The notes beneath the pieces were generated by a model that was not told the origin of the DNA, did no database searches, and saw nothing but the letters and a program-made list of their open reading frames with translations. The position numbers and the translations under genes were made by a program. DNA of 63,345 nt, the filler included, from Sphaeroforma arctica JP610 (lineage: Eukaryota): assembly GCF_001186125.1 (NCBI RefSeq). It is 4 parts of 2 records of this genome, joined end to end, with 100 filler letters (N's around TTAATTAATTAA, not from the genome) between each part and the next. Parts side by side here need not be neighbours in the genome. Positions count along the whole stretch, not along the records: positions 1 to 14,731 come from NW_014040536.1; 3 more parts are not named here. One strand, given 5' to 3'. Positions 1 to 12,648 of this stretch are shown piece after piece (within the stretch, counting starts at the first letter, position 1; each line of letters opens with the position of its first letter).

Positions 1-306
1 CTAGTGTGACACCCCATGGGGGTTTGCCACAAGCTTTCTTGCCTTCTTTGAGGAAAGTATTGTTTTTGTTTTCCACTAGCATCGATCCTCTTCTAGTGAT
101 GGCAATCCAAAACACGTTGCATTGGGGTAGTATGGTACACATATCGTGATGCTGATTGCCTCTTCAATGACTTTGTCAAGGATGTCAGGTACGAGTTCCC
201 ATGATGGGTTCGCATATGCATTCACTTCCAGCACCCACTTCTGTAGTAGCGCATTCTGTTCTTTGGTGTAGTATTTATCTGTATGTGCATTGTGTGCCGA
301 TGCAAA
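1..306 (-). mobile_element. Fragment of the Dam-like N6-adenine methyltransferase region of the Gypsy element (inverted duplicate of 14493-14731, extending further 3')
   Basis: Reverse complement of 68-306 matches 14493-14731 with 2 mismatches in 239 bp. It translates FASAHNAHTDKYYTKEQNALLQKWVLEVNAYANPSWELVPDILDKV...VPYYPNAT, then after a frameshift MLVENKNNTFLKEGKKACGKPPWGVTL. Confidence 0.85.
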
Positions 307-334
307 NNNNNNNNNNNNNNNNNNNNAATAGGGA

Positions 335-2365
335 TAATATTATTTATTTCAACAAAAGATAAGTTACAATGTGTGTATGTTATAATGTATGAACATATGG
401 TATGGCTCTCATAGCCGTTGTAGTGGTTCGGGAATAATCGATTGGAACAAGTGGTCAGTTAATTCCCGTTTGAAGCTTGGGCCAAGTGAGGCGACGATGG
501 AGGATATGCGCTGAGTCAATTTGGGCCGGTGCTGTCAAAACACTGATACCGTCCAATGTGCCATGTATTCGCTTGCTGACCTACTAAGTAGCGTACCCAC
601 CTCTGTGGTACGGATCGGGTCTGCGCCGTGTAATGCCGTGGAACGGGTCGGTGCAGAGTACGAAATACCGAGTAGGACCAGGTTATCCGTCATAATTTGG
701 TCGAGGAGTAAGGACGCCAATGCCGCACCAGACCACGAATGCATTTGGTATGTGCTGGCTGGCCTGGATCGAAAGTATCATAGGCGGGATCAAAAGGCGC
801 GATGATTTTACTTCAAGAGCGTGACTAACCGGGGTATGGAGAACATCTGTTGATGTATCAGAGACGGGTGAGGGTACGGTGGTTCTTCTACATGCTGGAG
901 AAAGACCCAAGGTGTTCGTGGAGGGTCCAGGTGCCGTGGAATTCGTGGCACTCATGTAATTGCTAGAAGTTATCAGGGCTAATGAGCGGCAGTTTGGGGC
1001 CTACCAGGATGCGTCGAATCAGTTGTTAGATGCAGGTAAAGTGGCTGGTGGTGAACTTGTGGTTACCCGGGCAGGCAAGGCAGAGACAGCCGTCGGTGCG
1101 GTAGTTGAGCAATGTGAACATGCACGTATTCATTACAATCATAGCACAGAGCCGGATTGATGTAGGCTCGAGGCAGCGGTTGAATCTGTCGTGTCTGGCT
1201 TTGTCTCGTTTTGAGGTTAGCGGCTTACCCATAACTAGATGGTAGTAGTATTGGCGCCGGGCCATTGCCACGATCTCCTTGTTGGACCAGCGGGGGTTTT
1301 TTTTTGAATTCTTCCTGATGTCGTCACAGCATTGGCGGAGGGCTACATGGTCGGGTGTATGCCCGCCCGTGGTTTTGTGTACAGTTTTCAGGTGAGCATA
1401 AATACTGTACGGGAAGCGCAGTGATGGTTTGTCGTGGGTCCAGGCGGTTTGCGACAGAGGGGTGAGTGAATTTGTGCTGGCCATTGAGTCGAGTTGTATT
1501 CCCAGAAAGCCTCCAAGGTAGTCCGCGAATGGTCGCGCGGGGAACACGTTACAAAAGTGGAGTAATCTTGTTTAATGTTCGGGAAACCGAGGGTATTTAG
1601 TGCCCGTGATGATGGCTGCTGCTTGGTTGAGTGCTGAGTTAAAGCGCTCGAACAGGGGGTCCAACGCATTCTTCCATATAGGCGGTGCCCAGGCAATAAT
1701 GTTCAGGCCATATGTAGCCGTGGATAGGATGAATGTTTTGAACACAAGTCGGCTGCAAGGGTGTCGCCAGCTGAAGCCATGGAAGCCATAAGCGCGGAAA
1801 TAGGCGATACCCAGGGACAATGCTGTGACCAGGGATTCCAAATGTCTGACGAGGTTGATCCCTGGTATACTGTGAGAGACTGGGAACCCCAGATATTTGG
1901 AGTGTTTCGGTTTGGCATGTGTGGGCCAGATTTGCGTCCCCATGCATCAATGTTATCTAAGAAGGGCTGGAGCGGAACCGATTGAGGGGCTTGCATCCGT
2001 GTGTCATCGACAAATAAATAAGAGCGGAGGAGCTTGGGCCGAAATTGTGCTAGCGTGACAGCTAAGGATTCCATGTAGATAATAAAGAGCTGGGGGCCGA
2101 CGATTGAGCCTTGTAAAATGCCATTCGTTCTGTGAAATAGAGGCGAGAGCGTGCAGCGGTATGTTACTCGGGTAGGGACCCTTTCAAATAGCGCGCGGAG
2201 GCAGTTGATCCAGTTTTCGGGCATTCCAGCGTGGCGTAGGAGTACCCATAGGCGTGAGAGAGCAACTTTGTCGTATGTCTTAGTAATGTCCAGGCAGACG
2301 TCGTTCCACTCCTCTTCTGACTGTGTCTCAGATTCCATGGCGGCAAGTGCTTGGGTATGACAGGA
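335..2365 (-). mobile_element. 5'-truncated, frameshifted non-LTR (LINE-type) retrotransposon: RT C-terminal half, Cys/His motif, 3' end
   Basis: ORF 1703-2446 has LDITKTYDKV, GILQGSIVGPQLFIIYM and YLFVDDT. KYLGF follows in a shifted frame (1572-1943), and CLACPGNHKFTTSHFTC lies in 1026-1547. An AATAAATAAT tail sits near 340 on the - strand. RT homology stops abruptly at ~2365. Confidence 0.85.
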
Positions 2366-3308
2366 GTTGAGTAGTATTTTACATAGGTATAGCATTTTTA
2401 TTATTATTTTAAAAATATATGTACTGGACGAGGTGTAGTCATTCACTTAGGCCTACTTTACTATATAAAAACCCCGGAGAGGTTGCGAGTTCAAATCTTG
2501 TCGGTAAATTTTGTGATGGCAGCCAATCAAATAGTACTGGGCCAGCACTATTGTACAACAACTGAAATAATCTAATACTAGGTTGGTTGGTTTAGCAATT
2601 TCTAGTACTAAGGTTGGTTGATTTAGCCATTCACCTAATTTACTACAGAGGTGACCAAAAGTATATACGATTGAGGACTATATAAGTGATTTACACTTTT
2701 AAACCTAATGGTTTGTATAACTGATTCATGATAAACACGGTTACTTAAACGTCATATTAATTGTAAATAGCATCAGCTTTGGGTCGACCACTTTCTATTG
2801 TCGGCCTACAACACTAACTTATGCCAGGAACGTAACATTTTCTCCTTCTTCTTCTTAAATCTGGCCAACAGATCTTAACATAAATTCCAACTGTAGAATT
2901 ACAAATGTTCGTATCAAGAGTTTCTCAGAAACTATTGGTTTTAATAACAAACTTAGGCTCTTCTGCGACAGGAAGTTATGTGTGATTTCGTTCAGTTATC
3001 ACAGGCAAAAGTAACGCTCTCGATTGGGGTTGGTAGCTGAAGAGAGAAGCCTGTTTAGTTTGTCTACGACCTTTTGTATCTGAACCGATTCTCGAGTTGT
3101 ATCAACATTGGAATGTGGTCAAAACCGAGTAGCGCTCAGTAAAGAGTGTTAAGTCTGAAATAAGCAAATTCAGTCAGAAGTGCCATTGGGGATGATGCGC
3201 CTGCTATATTTATTAATCACGATCCTATGATTGGGTAATGTAAAGATACCCGTCCTATGATTCCGGATGAGTCATCACTACTATCTCATTAAATTCTCTA
3301 TTTAATTC

Positions 3309-3522
3309 AGTCCGGTCCTCTGGTCCGGTCTTAAAAAAATCTTCTAGGTCCAGCCCTCTGGTCCGGTCCTAAAATAATCCCCTAGGTCCGTTCCTCTGGT
3401 CCGGTCATAAAGTAATCCCCTAAGTCTTGTCCTCTGGTTCTGTTCTAAACTTCTCTCTCAGGTCCGGTCCTCTGGTCCAGTCCTAAATATTCACCTAAGG
3501 TGCTTTGTCCACCGCCCCGCTG
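3309..3522. repeat. About five tandem ~38-bp repeats (GGTCCGGTCCTCTGGTCCGGTCCTAAAATAATCCCCTA-like) ending in GTCCACCGCCCCGCTG; possible DNA-transposon subterminal repeats and terminus
   Basis: The repeat units are read directly from the sequence. The terminus interpretation is inference. Confidence 0.7.
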
Positions 3523-6500
3523 TTGTATTGTATCGACATGTCTGATATGAAATTTTAGGAATAAAATACAAGGAAGTATCCTTCAGAGTCCTTCAGCCTA
3601 GGACTTTTACCTAGCTGAAATATTCGCACTTGAGAAGAGGTGTATTGTTTCCTTTGGTTGTACATGTTTTGTCAGTTACTCTACTTTGTATTTTTAACAA
3701 TATCCTTACTACAGTAGGACAACTAGCTAAGAAATAACCCCAAAACATAGAACACAAGAGCAAGAGTGTCAAGGTGACCATAACACAACTTTATTAAGAA
3801 CTTAGACCAAAGCTAGGAGGGGCCGCCGATTGGAGAACAAGAGGTGCCCAACATCAGAGGCGAGCACTCAAACAAGCGAAGAAGAAGTATAATCAGATCG
3901 AGCAGATAGATGAAGGCTGGAGAACTGAGAAGAGGAGCCTGCGCTTCTTCTCAGAACAAAGCATGTGAAACCCAACAATAAGGTGACTGTGTCAATTGAG
4001 AACGTGTTTGTGGAAACTATGTGAGAATATATATACCTAAAAGAAAGAAAAGTGTCAGTGTAATTGGTTTATCAAGGTTGGAAAAATAGAGAACATATAA
4101 AAATAGTGAGTCATACACACACGAACGTACACAAGCAGGGGCACTAAGAAAATCAATCATATGTGGCGCACACACAACAATAAGGTACCAATCATAACAA
4201 CCGTGCAACAAGCATAAAACACCAATAACTAAGCTAAGGTGTCGCACAAGAAGCACTATAACTACAGTCTAGCATAAGAATATCTCATACAAAATGATAC
4301 AAACCAGAAACAATTCAGATCTATGTGGTTATGTATTATAAGATCTAAATGGCTACATAAAATAAGAAACATAGATACGCAAGTACTATGACGTATGTAT
4401 CTATATAAACAGATGGGAAATCAATAACAAACTCAGGCATACAGAAGGTGGGTAGTAGGGAAATAGACGGTGACCTAGGCAATACTCGGCACCCTAACCG
4501 ACACCCACATTTCAACATTCATCGAGTAGTTGAACTCATTCAACGAATAGGACAAGATCGTGGACACAAACAATTACCACACATGTAAATAGACCGAAAT
4601 AAACATATAGATATATACAAATAAATGCATATATTCACGCACATACACGTTTAGATATGTACAAATATATACGTGCATGCGAAAGATATAGATATGGAAA
4701 TATACTCACAGATATATACAAATGTACATATGTAGAGATATAAACATGTTGCCATACCAAAATAAGAAATAGTAACCAGACAAAGACCAGTATCAACTGA
4801 AGAAACATACCTTCCAACTACAGGAAAGGGGTTAAGAGAAGATAAAACTCCACAGTACAAACCCAACCGTCAAATCACAAACTAGATGAGGGACTAGAGA
4901 TGACATATAGAAGGAGACATATCGAATGTAAGCACAAGGCATCTAGCATAACGACAACAACCCTAATCAGGAAGATTACATAGAATCAACCGAATTCACA
5001 TATACGGATAGGTGCTCAAAATCTGAATGAAATTAATATCGGCATAGAGCACACACACATCTCATCATAATACAACGGTGACACCAAATATAATAGTTAC
5101 TGAATACCACAGGAAGCCAACATCTCCCAGGAATGAAGAACGAACTACACATTAAGCGACTCGATTCAATGAACTAAACGTATCAACCCCAAATCCAGGG
5201 AAACACATACAATTGCCAAGACACATGGTAGTCATGGAGGACATGGAAGTCACAAACAAAAGCTTATAACTGGCACATGACTAGTAACAATAACTAGGCC
5301 ATTAACGGCAACAAGAGTCTCACCACCGTACAGACATTCACACACACGAACCATAACACGGTAACCACGAGATATAGTAAAGGGATAACAAGACACTTAG
5401 TCAAGCAAAATCTAGTACACACAAAACAAAGACAGGAAGTGTACACTACACAAGAATGGCAAAGTTTCTACTTTCCGATGTTAGGCATCAAATATCAAAA
5501 CAACATCAGAGATCATAATACACAAGAGACACTTCCTTTTCTAAGAATATACTACATAGACTCATATGAAGTAGATGAGAAAGCAAGTAATAAACAATTA
5601 TGAACAAAAGTATATCCCATATGCGACTCATGGACGTATACACACGACATTGAATGAACCAATCGAAATTCACGCAATTCGAGGAACACCGATACACCAA
5701 AAAAATTACAGTGACACTGCATCACTATACAAACCACATAGGAATGACCAAAGTATTCAAAACACAAAGTTTTGGTACACAACAACGTACAATGTACGAA
5801 AAATTAATATAAACAAATAAATAAAAACCTAAACCCAGGTTGACAACACAACAAACTAGGTCTACACAAGGAACTTAGTTCACAATAAACCAATGGATAA
5901 ACCAATGGATAAACCAACAATAAAACAAGGTTTATCATCTAAACCCATAAAACCCCACATACACTCAGGTATCAAAGTGAACGACATTCCGAGCAACTCA
6001 GGCCCAGAACAACACGTCTAACCACTGCACATACACCACAACAGGAACCAAGATTAAGGAAAACAACCACACCTATCTCGAGGCGTGTGAATTGGATAGA
6101 GAAGCTCTTCTATGGTACAACAACAAAGTCATAAGTGCTAACACTACAAACAATCCAGCGAACAAAACAGTCAATAACTTCTGCTCCATGACTTCTGCTC
6201 CCTATCAAAGAACACGCGCAGCACGAAGGAGCCTACATACATAAGTGAGCTCAAGCCGAACACAGACAAGAGGAGGTACAAGTCGTACAACCAGAACTAG
6301 GTCAGAACCAGTACACACAATGTCAGATTACTGAGCATCCTCACACACCTCCACTCCGAACAATGGAGAGAGAGCGATGCACCTAAATGATGAGCCCACA
6401 CCAGCAAGAGTACCTCTATACCCAGTAATGAGTAAGTTCAAAGTGGTCATCGACACGACCATTTACTATGGCAATGCCTGTATTATAGGCATACAAATGA

Positions 6501-8390
6501 ACAGTCTGTATGCACAGAAGGCGGACGATCCCATTGACATACGAGCACTCCACAAACTTCGTAATGCAGTTCACAACCAATAACCTAACAGTTTGATACC
6601 AGAAGTAGATAGATAGTAATCAGAGCTATCCAATAAAGTTATGAAGGACTGTGATAAGAAGGATCACGATGAGTGCATTGACTTCATGAGCAAGTAAACA
6701 CTAATTAGATCCCATGTAGGGGATAAAATCTCAGAACCAGAGATGGACAAGCTACTCAAGATGAGCGAATTCCCCAAGCGGCCAGCCAACAAGTATGTTA
6801 GCATGGCTGATTGTCGTGATACAATTGAGCTTGTATCTGTAGCAAAATACTTATTTGCGGGCACCAACATACCATTGGTACAGTATCTATCATTCGTACA
6901 AGAATTGCTACGACAGACAGACGCAACAGAGATATCCCGCACAGCATTCAATAATTTACGTAGTTCTAGTTCCAAACAGCTTTGGAAAGACTTCACTGAT
7001 GTGGAAGACTACAATATATTAATCATTGACAACTTGCGTTGCACACCAGTAGACTATCTACTAGAGTAGTGGCTCAACGACTTATATGACACTCGCATGA
7101 ACGTTGTAGTACGAGCAGTATGATTGCGTCGCACAATGCTTGAGTTGGAGAAACGATACAAAAACACTGAGAGAGAGTCCATTAATTGGCAATTTCTCAA
7201 AGTATCACGTTACCAACTACTAGTCATATATGGACAGCAATTTGAAACTGATATAATAATAAAGGCTTAAACAAAGCCTGATGGTAGTAGTGGACACTTG
7301 TCTGACATATCAGAGAAGGTATTTCATGAACTCGCTGAAGATCTTATCAGACAAGCAACAATAACACAAGCTAATCGCAATCGTGAACTCAAGCGAGTGA
7401 GAAACACACTCATTCCAGAACAACGAGCCAACCGTACAAGACTTGACTTACCCATAGAGGGTCCACCCACAGGGGTGGGTCAACCCAGAGGGGGTGGACC
7501 ACAAGTAGGGCAATGCCGAGGACGGCCCATCGGACAGGGCACTACCAACCAAACACCGCGAGGACCACGACCTTGCCCGCACTACTATATACTTTTCGGC
7601 ACATGCGTACAGCAAGTGCCCCAAGAAAGAAGAAAGCAATCGTCAGAAAGCAGCAGCTTGTGCAGCGCAGCAATCTCAACCCGTCCATATAGAACAGTTA
7701 ACCCTACCAATGGCAACACGGTACAAGAGATGGACGAAGAACATTGACAGGCTTGGTGAGCGGAAGCTAGCATGGTAGACATTGTGAATGCATACACTGA
7801 TGAATACATGTTGTTAATAAATGCAAATGATAATGCTTACACACCTTATTCTTTAATTCTTAACCCACGAGACCAAAGATTCCACATAGACATACAAATC
7901 AATGGCACCACATACGATACACTAGTAGATTCAGGAGCACAACTTTTATGTATGGATCGCAGTGTGGTAACTGAACTATACTTGTCAGTAAAAGCACAAC
8001 CCGGATACATACAACTAGCACAATCTGATGCACGAGTACAACGTACAGGTTCCACAGAAGTATGTGACATCAATTACGTCGGTAGAAAGACATAAAATTC
8101 TTAGAGGTACTCGACCTCATAGACAAGAAATCACCAATCCTTTTAGGTATGGACATTCTACCATACTTGAACATATATATAGTGGGATAATCAGTTCACT
8201 CACACCAACGGATGCCATATGTGAATCACTTCTCATACCACATGAGGAAGACCCTGAACATGAACAATAAGGATTCAGAGGTTCACTCTCGGACTTGTTA
8301 GACCAAAACCGCAAGATACCACCTGAGGTACACTGCAACTGACCAGGATTAGTAGTGGAGATACCAGGTCAAGAAGTCAAACAATGAACA
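3521..8390 (+). mobile_element. Degenerate Ty3/Gypsy-type LTR retrotransposon copy 1: LTR-like segment, ~2.6-kb A-rich leader, gag, protease; truncated before RT
   Basis: 3590-3713 aligns with the LTR-like 8820-8935. The gag fragment (TDATE...IIDNLRCTPVDYLLE) is homologous to 11711-12166. The protease LVDSGA (7772-8095) is homologous to 12649-13107. Many stops are present. Confidence 0.8.
7772..8270 (+). pseudogene. Retropepsin-like aspartic protease (copy 1), disrupted
   Basis: IQINGTTYDTLVDSGAQLLCM motif; stop and frameshift near 8095. Confidence 0.85.
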
Positions 8391-8395
8391 TTCGT

Positions 8396-8572
8396 GTGAG
8401 TGTATAGAGAGCAGCTGAAGGATACGAGCGGAAGAATATAACAGATCTCTTCTCGAGTACGGTTATCTCAGGCTGGAAAAGTCCCTAGTCAGAGAGAGCC
8501 AAACTGTGTCTTTATTTGTGTTTTCTAATTTACTAGACTCGGGTTTATACTTAAGTGTTTCTCTCACACGCG
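8396..8572 (-). repeat. Inverted LTR-like fragment of a related element (imperfect inverted repeat with 8736-8911)
   Basis: Its reverse complement (CGCGTGTGAGAGAAACACTT...GGACTTTTCCAGCCTGAGATAACCGTACTCGAGAAGAG...) aligns colinearly with 8736-8911 (CGCGTGTGAGAGAAACACTC...GGACTTTTCCTAGCTGAGATAATCGTACTTGAGAAGAG...). Confidence 0.85.
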
Positions 8573-8935
8573 TGTAGCATATAGATACCAGATTATCAAA
8601 AAGCCGATACAAACCCCAAAACCTCAGAATCATTTTATATTGAGTTTTGGAATTAGGATTGGAATATTCCTGATATTAGAGTCATCAGAAATATTAGCGG
8701 TAGAACCAGTCAGCTAAACCGGGACTCCGGGACTCCGCGTGTGAGAGAAACACTCCAGTAAAATCTTGAGTATAGTGAATTAAAAAACACAACTAAAGAC
8801 TCTGGTCGGTTCTCTCAGACAAAGGACTTTTCCTAGCTGAGATAATCGTACTTGAGAAGAGGTCTATTGAATCTTTTGACTCATATCTTTCAGCTACTCA
8901 CTATACTCTACAACTTTTGCAATATCCTAACTTAG
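8573..8935 (+). repeat. Putative 5' LTR of Gypsy copy 2
   Basis: Starts TGTAG exactly where the inverted fragment ends. Its 3' part is homologous to the start of copy 1 (3590-3713). The 3' boundary is uncertain. Confidence 0.5.
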
Positions 8936-11245
8936 ATTAGTCATCAAGAATTTTATCATACCGAAAAGATTATATTAGTAGGTGAAGAAGGACTCCTTCC
9001 TGTCTTGGGGAAGTTCTGGAAGTAATATACAAATTATTATTTATGATAGGAACAAGGAAGAAGCAGAAACAGAGGTCTGGCCTTCGCAGAGAGTGCCGAT
9101 ACTTCAAGCTGCAGAAGACAGGAAAACAAAGAGGAGCTAAAGACACAAGCTCCACAACGACAAGTAACATCAGCGCAACAACTGATGTAAATATATCGTG
9201 TTCCAGAAGTAAGCTGGACATGTGTCAAGGTGTGAAAAGTTGTGTGGTACAAGTTAGAGAAAACCTCAGTCAGTGAAGAAGAAAAAAAATCGAAGTGACG
9301 TCAGGGGCCTTGTACACCAACAAGAGATAGGCTAACAACAAGGCAATGCACCTTGAGATCAAGCATAGCAAATCATAAAAGTGGGTCATAGCAATTAGTG
9401 GCAACTTTATTAAAAAAGGTGTCTAGAACAAGCGGATCAACGTTAAATAATATTAACTCACATCCTAATTAGTAGCCACGACATCAAAGGCTGAGGCGTT
9501 ATTAGACAGACTAGTAGCAAGGCCGATTTAGAGGTTTTCTACAATTACAAACCTAGCATAAGAAATCACAGTACAGTGACTCCAAAGGAGACTAGCAGAT
9601 TCTATAGGGCCATATAAAACACAATCGTCAAAGGATGGTACAGACACCAGATATAAGAAACAAATAAGTAAGTGTACCAAATCCGTGCATCGAACTCAGG
9701 TGTAGACCAGACACAGACTTAATTATAAACACACAAATGAGTGTAACGAGTTCGTACATCGAAATCAGATGTAGGCCAAACTCAGACTTAATTAATAAAA
9801 GGATCTATATACAATTACTAGAGACTCCTATAGATATCAACAAGCAAGCACACAAAATTGAAGTCAAATACTTCTCACACACGATTAGTGAAACACCAGT
9901 ATGTTCCATGAGTCGGGATTATAGACGGTGACACACAAATAAAGATAAACAATTAGAAGTACAGAAGCAAACCTTGGTACTAGAAATCAGATCTTGACAA
10001 AACAAATAGTGCACAAGCGACTTGATCAGGTATAAGCAATACCAAGAAGATTGAAAAGCTGCTCAAAGCAATTCACATGCTCCTCATAATACATGGAATA
10101 CATCACTACGATACAGATAGAGAATGATATAAATTAGTCACAAAAGATCACTCAACATTTAAGTGACTAATCTGATCAGGTATAAGCAATACCAAGAAGA
10201 TCAATAAGAGTCACAAGACAAATCACATGTCGGAAATCAGCACACAGACACACAAAACTACGAATAGAGTAAGTCATGGACGAACAAAGCTAAACCATTA
10301 GAATCAGATCAAGTGCAAGAAGTGCTAAAAAAGATCAATACATAATTATCGATTTAGATCAAGTACAAGTAGTACTACGCGATCAGGACAAGATTCACAA
10401 GTCAAGACTCGCAAGAGTGTCGAAGGAAACAACCCATTCAGAAATGTTGTAATAACATAAACGCAATAACCATATGATTATAAACACAATAAACATATGA
10501 AGTTATGAGATGACACCAATTGAATCAAGTGTAAACAAAGTATTACTAAAGATCAAGGTAGACTAAAAGGGTCATAACAGATCAAGTAACAAGCTGTTGA
10601 TTACCTCAGACACGAGACATCTCGGGCACTCGGGTGAATAGAAAACTCAGCGACGATGGGATACAAGACAACTGCAAAACATTGAAGCTACAACAATAAG
10701 GGCAGGTACACACAGGCATAAGCTACCCACCACATACAAGCATACGACACACTCAAAATACGAGAGTTCGGGACACACAACTATACATTAAACCAATGTA
10801 CAAAGTTCGATACAACGTAAAGGTTGTCAATAGGATCGACGATCAAGTGTGACGTCAAAGGGAACGAACTTCCTAGGTGACGTCACCAGGACCGAACATC
10901 TTGTTAAGACCATACACGAGAAAAGAATTCCACAAGTGACGAAATAAACACAAGCGAGTTCACACTTGACGAAATAAGCTTGACTAACAAACATCAAATA
11001 AACCCTCCCGATTACAGGAAGGAACACAACAAGCTACCGTAACACACAGGAAGGTAAACACTTCCCATGGAAGTGCAGCAAAGCAATACCACAATACAAG
11101 TAAGTAAATGAACCCGATTTTTATTTATTTATTTTTACAAATTGTTACTAAAGACAAGGAGGGTGAAGCGCACATACGTACAGAATATAGTAAGAGTCTT
11201 TACTGATAACTTGCAATAACCACACACCATCACATACATCTCAAG

Positions 11246-12576
11246 ATGCCAACGGCAACCAGAGCAAGCGTGTATGGTGATGACGAAGAGGGTGTGGGCA
11301 CGGATGGCGCAAGGGGGGGGCAAGCCCAGGTAGTGGCTCAAGCTGGCCTACACCAGGCGCCGGGGGGGGGGAGGGGGGGAGGATTGCCCATACTAGCCTC
11401 AGCGATGCGTTTAGAAATATACAAAAGTATATGCCAATGTAACCATGTCCTGGTTAGTAGGTTTGTACCCAAATTGGAAGAAACAACACCGGTGCCTATA
11501 GCAACTCTATGTAAGAGGAGAGTAGGCATCCACGACCAACAACCCGAACGACGCATGCCAATCGTCGACACCGAGCTCAGACGACGATACGATCTAGCTG
11601 TCAATGAGTGTGGCGATGATGAGGAGGATGAACTCATTCAAATCAGTCAATATTTAGTGAGTTAGAACTCATGCGTTCACGCTTGGGTGATAAGATAAAC
11701 GAACCTGCACTTGCAAAACTGCACTTGCAAAACTACTAAAGACCTCGCCTGGTCCATGCCACTATGTCAGTACCCAGCACTAGTAATAAATCTAGTAGAT
11801 TCCACTGATGCAACGGAGAAGACCAAGGCAGTGCTCAATGAGTTAAGAGGCACTGAAACACAGATAACCAAATACTTCAAGGATTCTGGACAATTCAATA
11901 GAATCATTATTGACAGACTCAGACACCATCCAGTAGACTATCTGTTAGAATACTTTCTCAATGACATACAGAACAAGACAGTGTACGTAGAGGTGCGCAC
12001 AGAGCGAGCGCATAAGACAATGGATATGTTAGAGGAGCGTTGCCGCAACTCAGACAAAGAGTCTATAAACGTGCAAATTCTCAAGGTCCAAAGATACCAA
12101 GCACTTACGTACTACGGACAACAAGAGAAAGTGTATGCTCTCATCAGGGTCACTTATCGGACATGAGACACACTGTGTTTCACTCTCTTACTGAAGCAAG
12201 CATAAGAACGGCAGCCAAAGTACAAGGAGATCGGTTGTTAAGAGAGCGTCAGAAGCGACACCACCCGCAAACACCCAATCGCAGTCAGACTCATAGTAGC
12301 ACAACTACCACGACCAAACGGCACAAACCGGACAACAGTGCACCCAAGCAAACCAAGCCATTAGGACAAACATAAGAGAAGAAAGGGGCGCGCGAGGAAC
12401 GTGCATGTCCTTAATGCAATGTGATGCCAGCTCCACATCGGTTCAGCCAATGTCCCATGAAGGTATCGAACCAGGCCAAACAGGCCGAGGAGCGTGTACA
12501 ACGCGATATGCAAGTAGCAAGATTGTCCATTACCTCCGGCAAGGTAGAAGACATCACAGATGGTGGTGGGCACTGA
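11246..12576 (+). pseudogene. gag-like ORF of copy 2 (fragmented) with a CCHC zinc knuckle
   Basis: Homologous to 6377-7747; CX2CX6HX4C near the C-terminus; lies upstream of the protease. Confidence 0.7.
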
Positions 12577-12648
12577 GCCAACTGGTGGGTGGAAGCAAAC
12601 ATGATTGACCTGGCTGACAGGCTCAATGAATAGAAAGATGAAGGAACG

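Noticed and set aside
2700..2965. Possible chromodomain or TE coding remnant on the - strand (EEPKFVIK...YVK..W)
   Set aside because: Too degenerate: several stops and no consistent frame.
8265..8275. TAA after the protease in both Gypsy copies (8268 and 13105) as a second programmed stop
   Set aside because: The stops fall in adjacent, non-equivalent codons (CAA TAA versus TAA GAA), so they are independent decay.
8976..8995. TAGTAGGTGAAGAAGGACTC as a tRNA primer-binding site
   Set aside because: It has PBS-like spacing but lacks the TGG start and has no counterpart in copy 1; it cannot be supported without the tRNA set.
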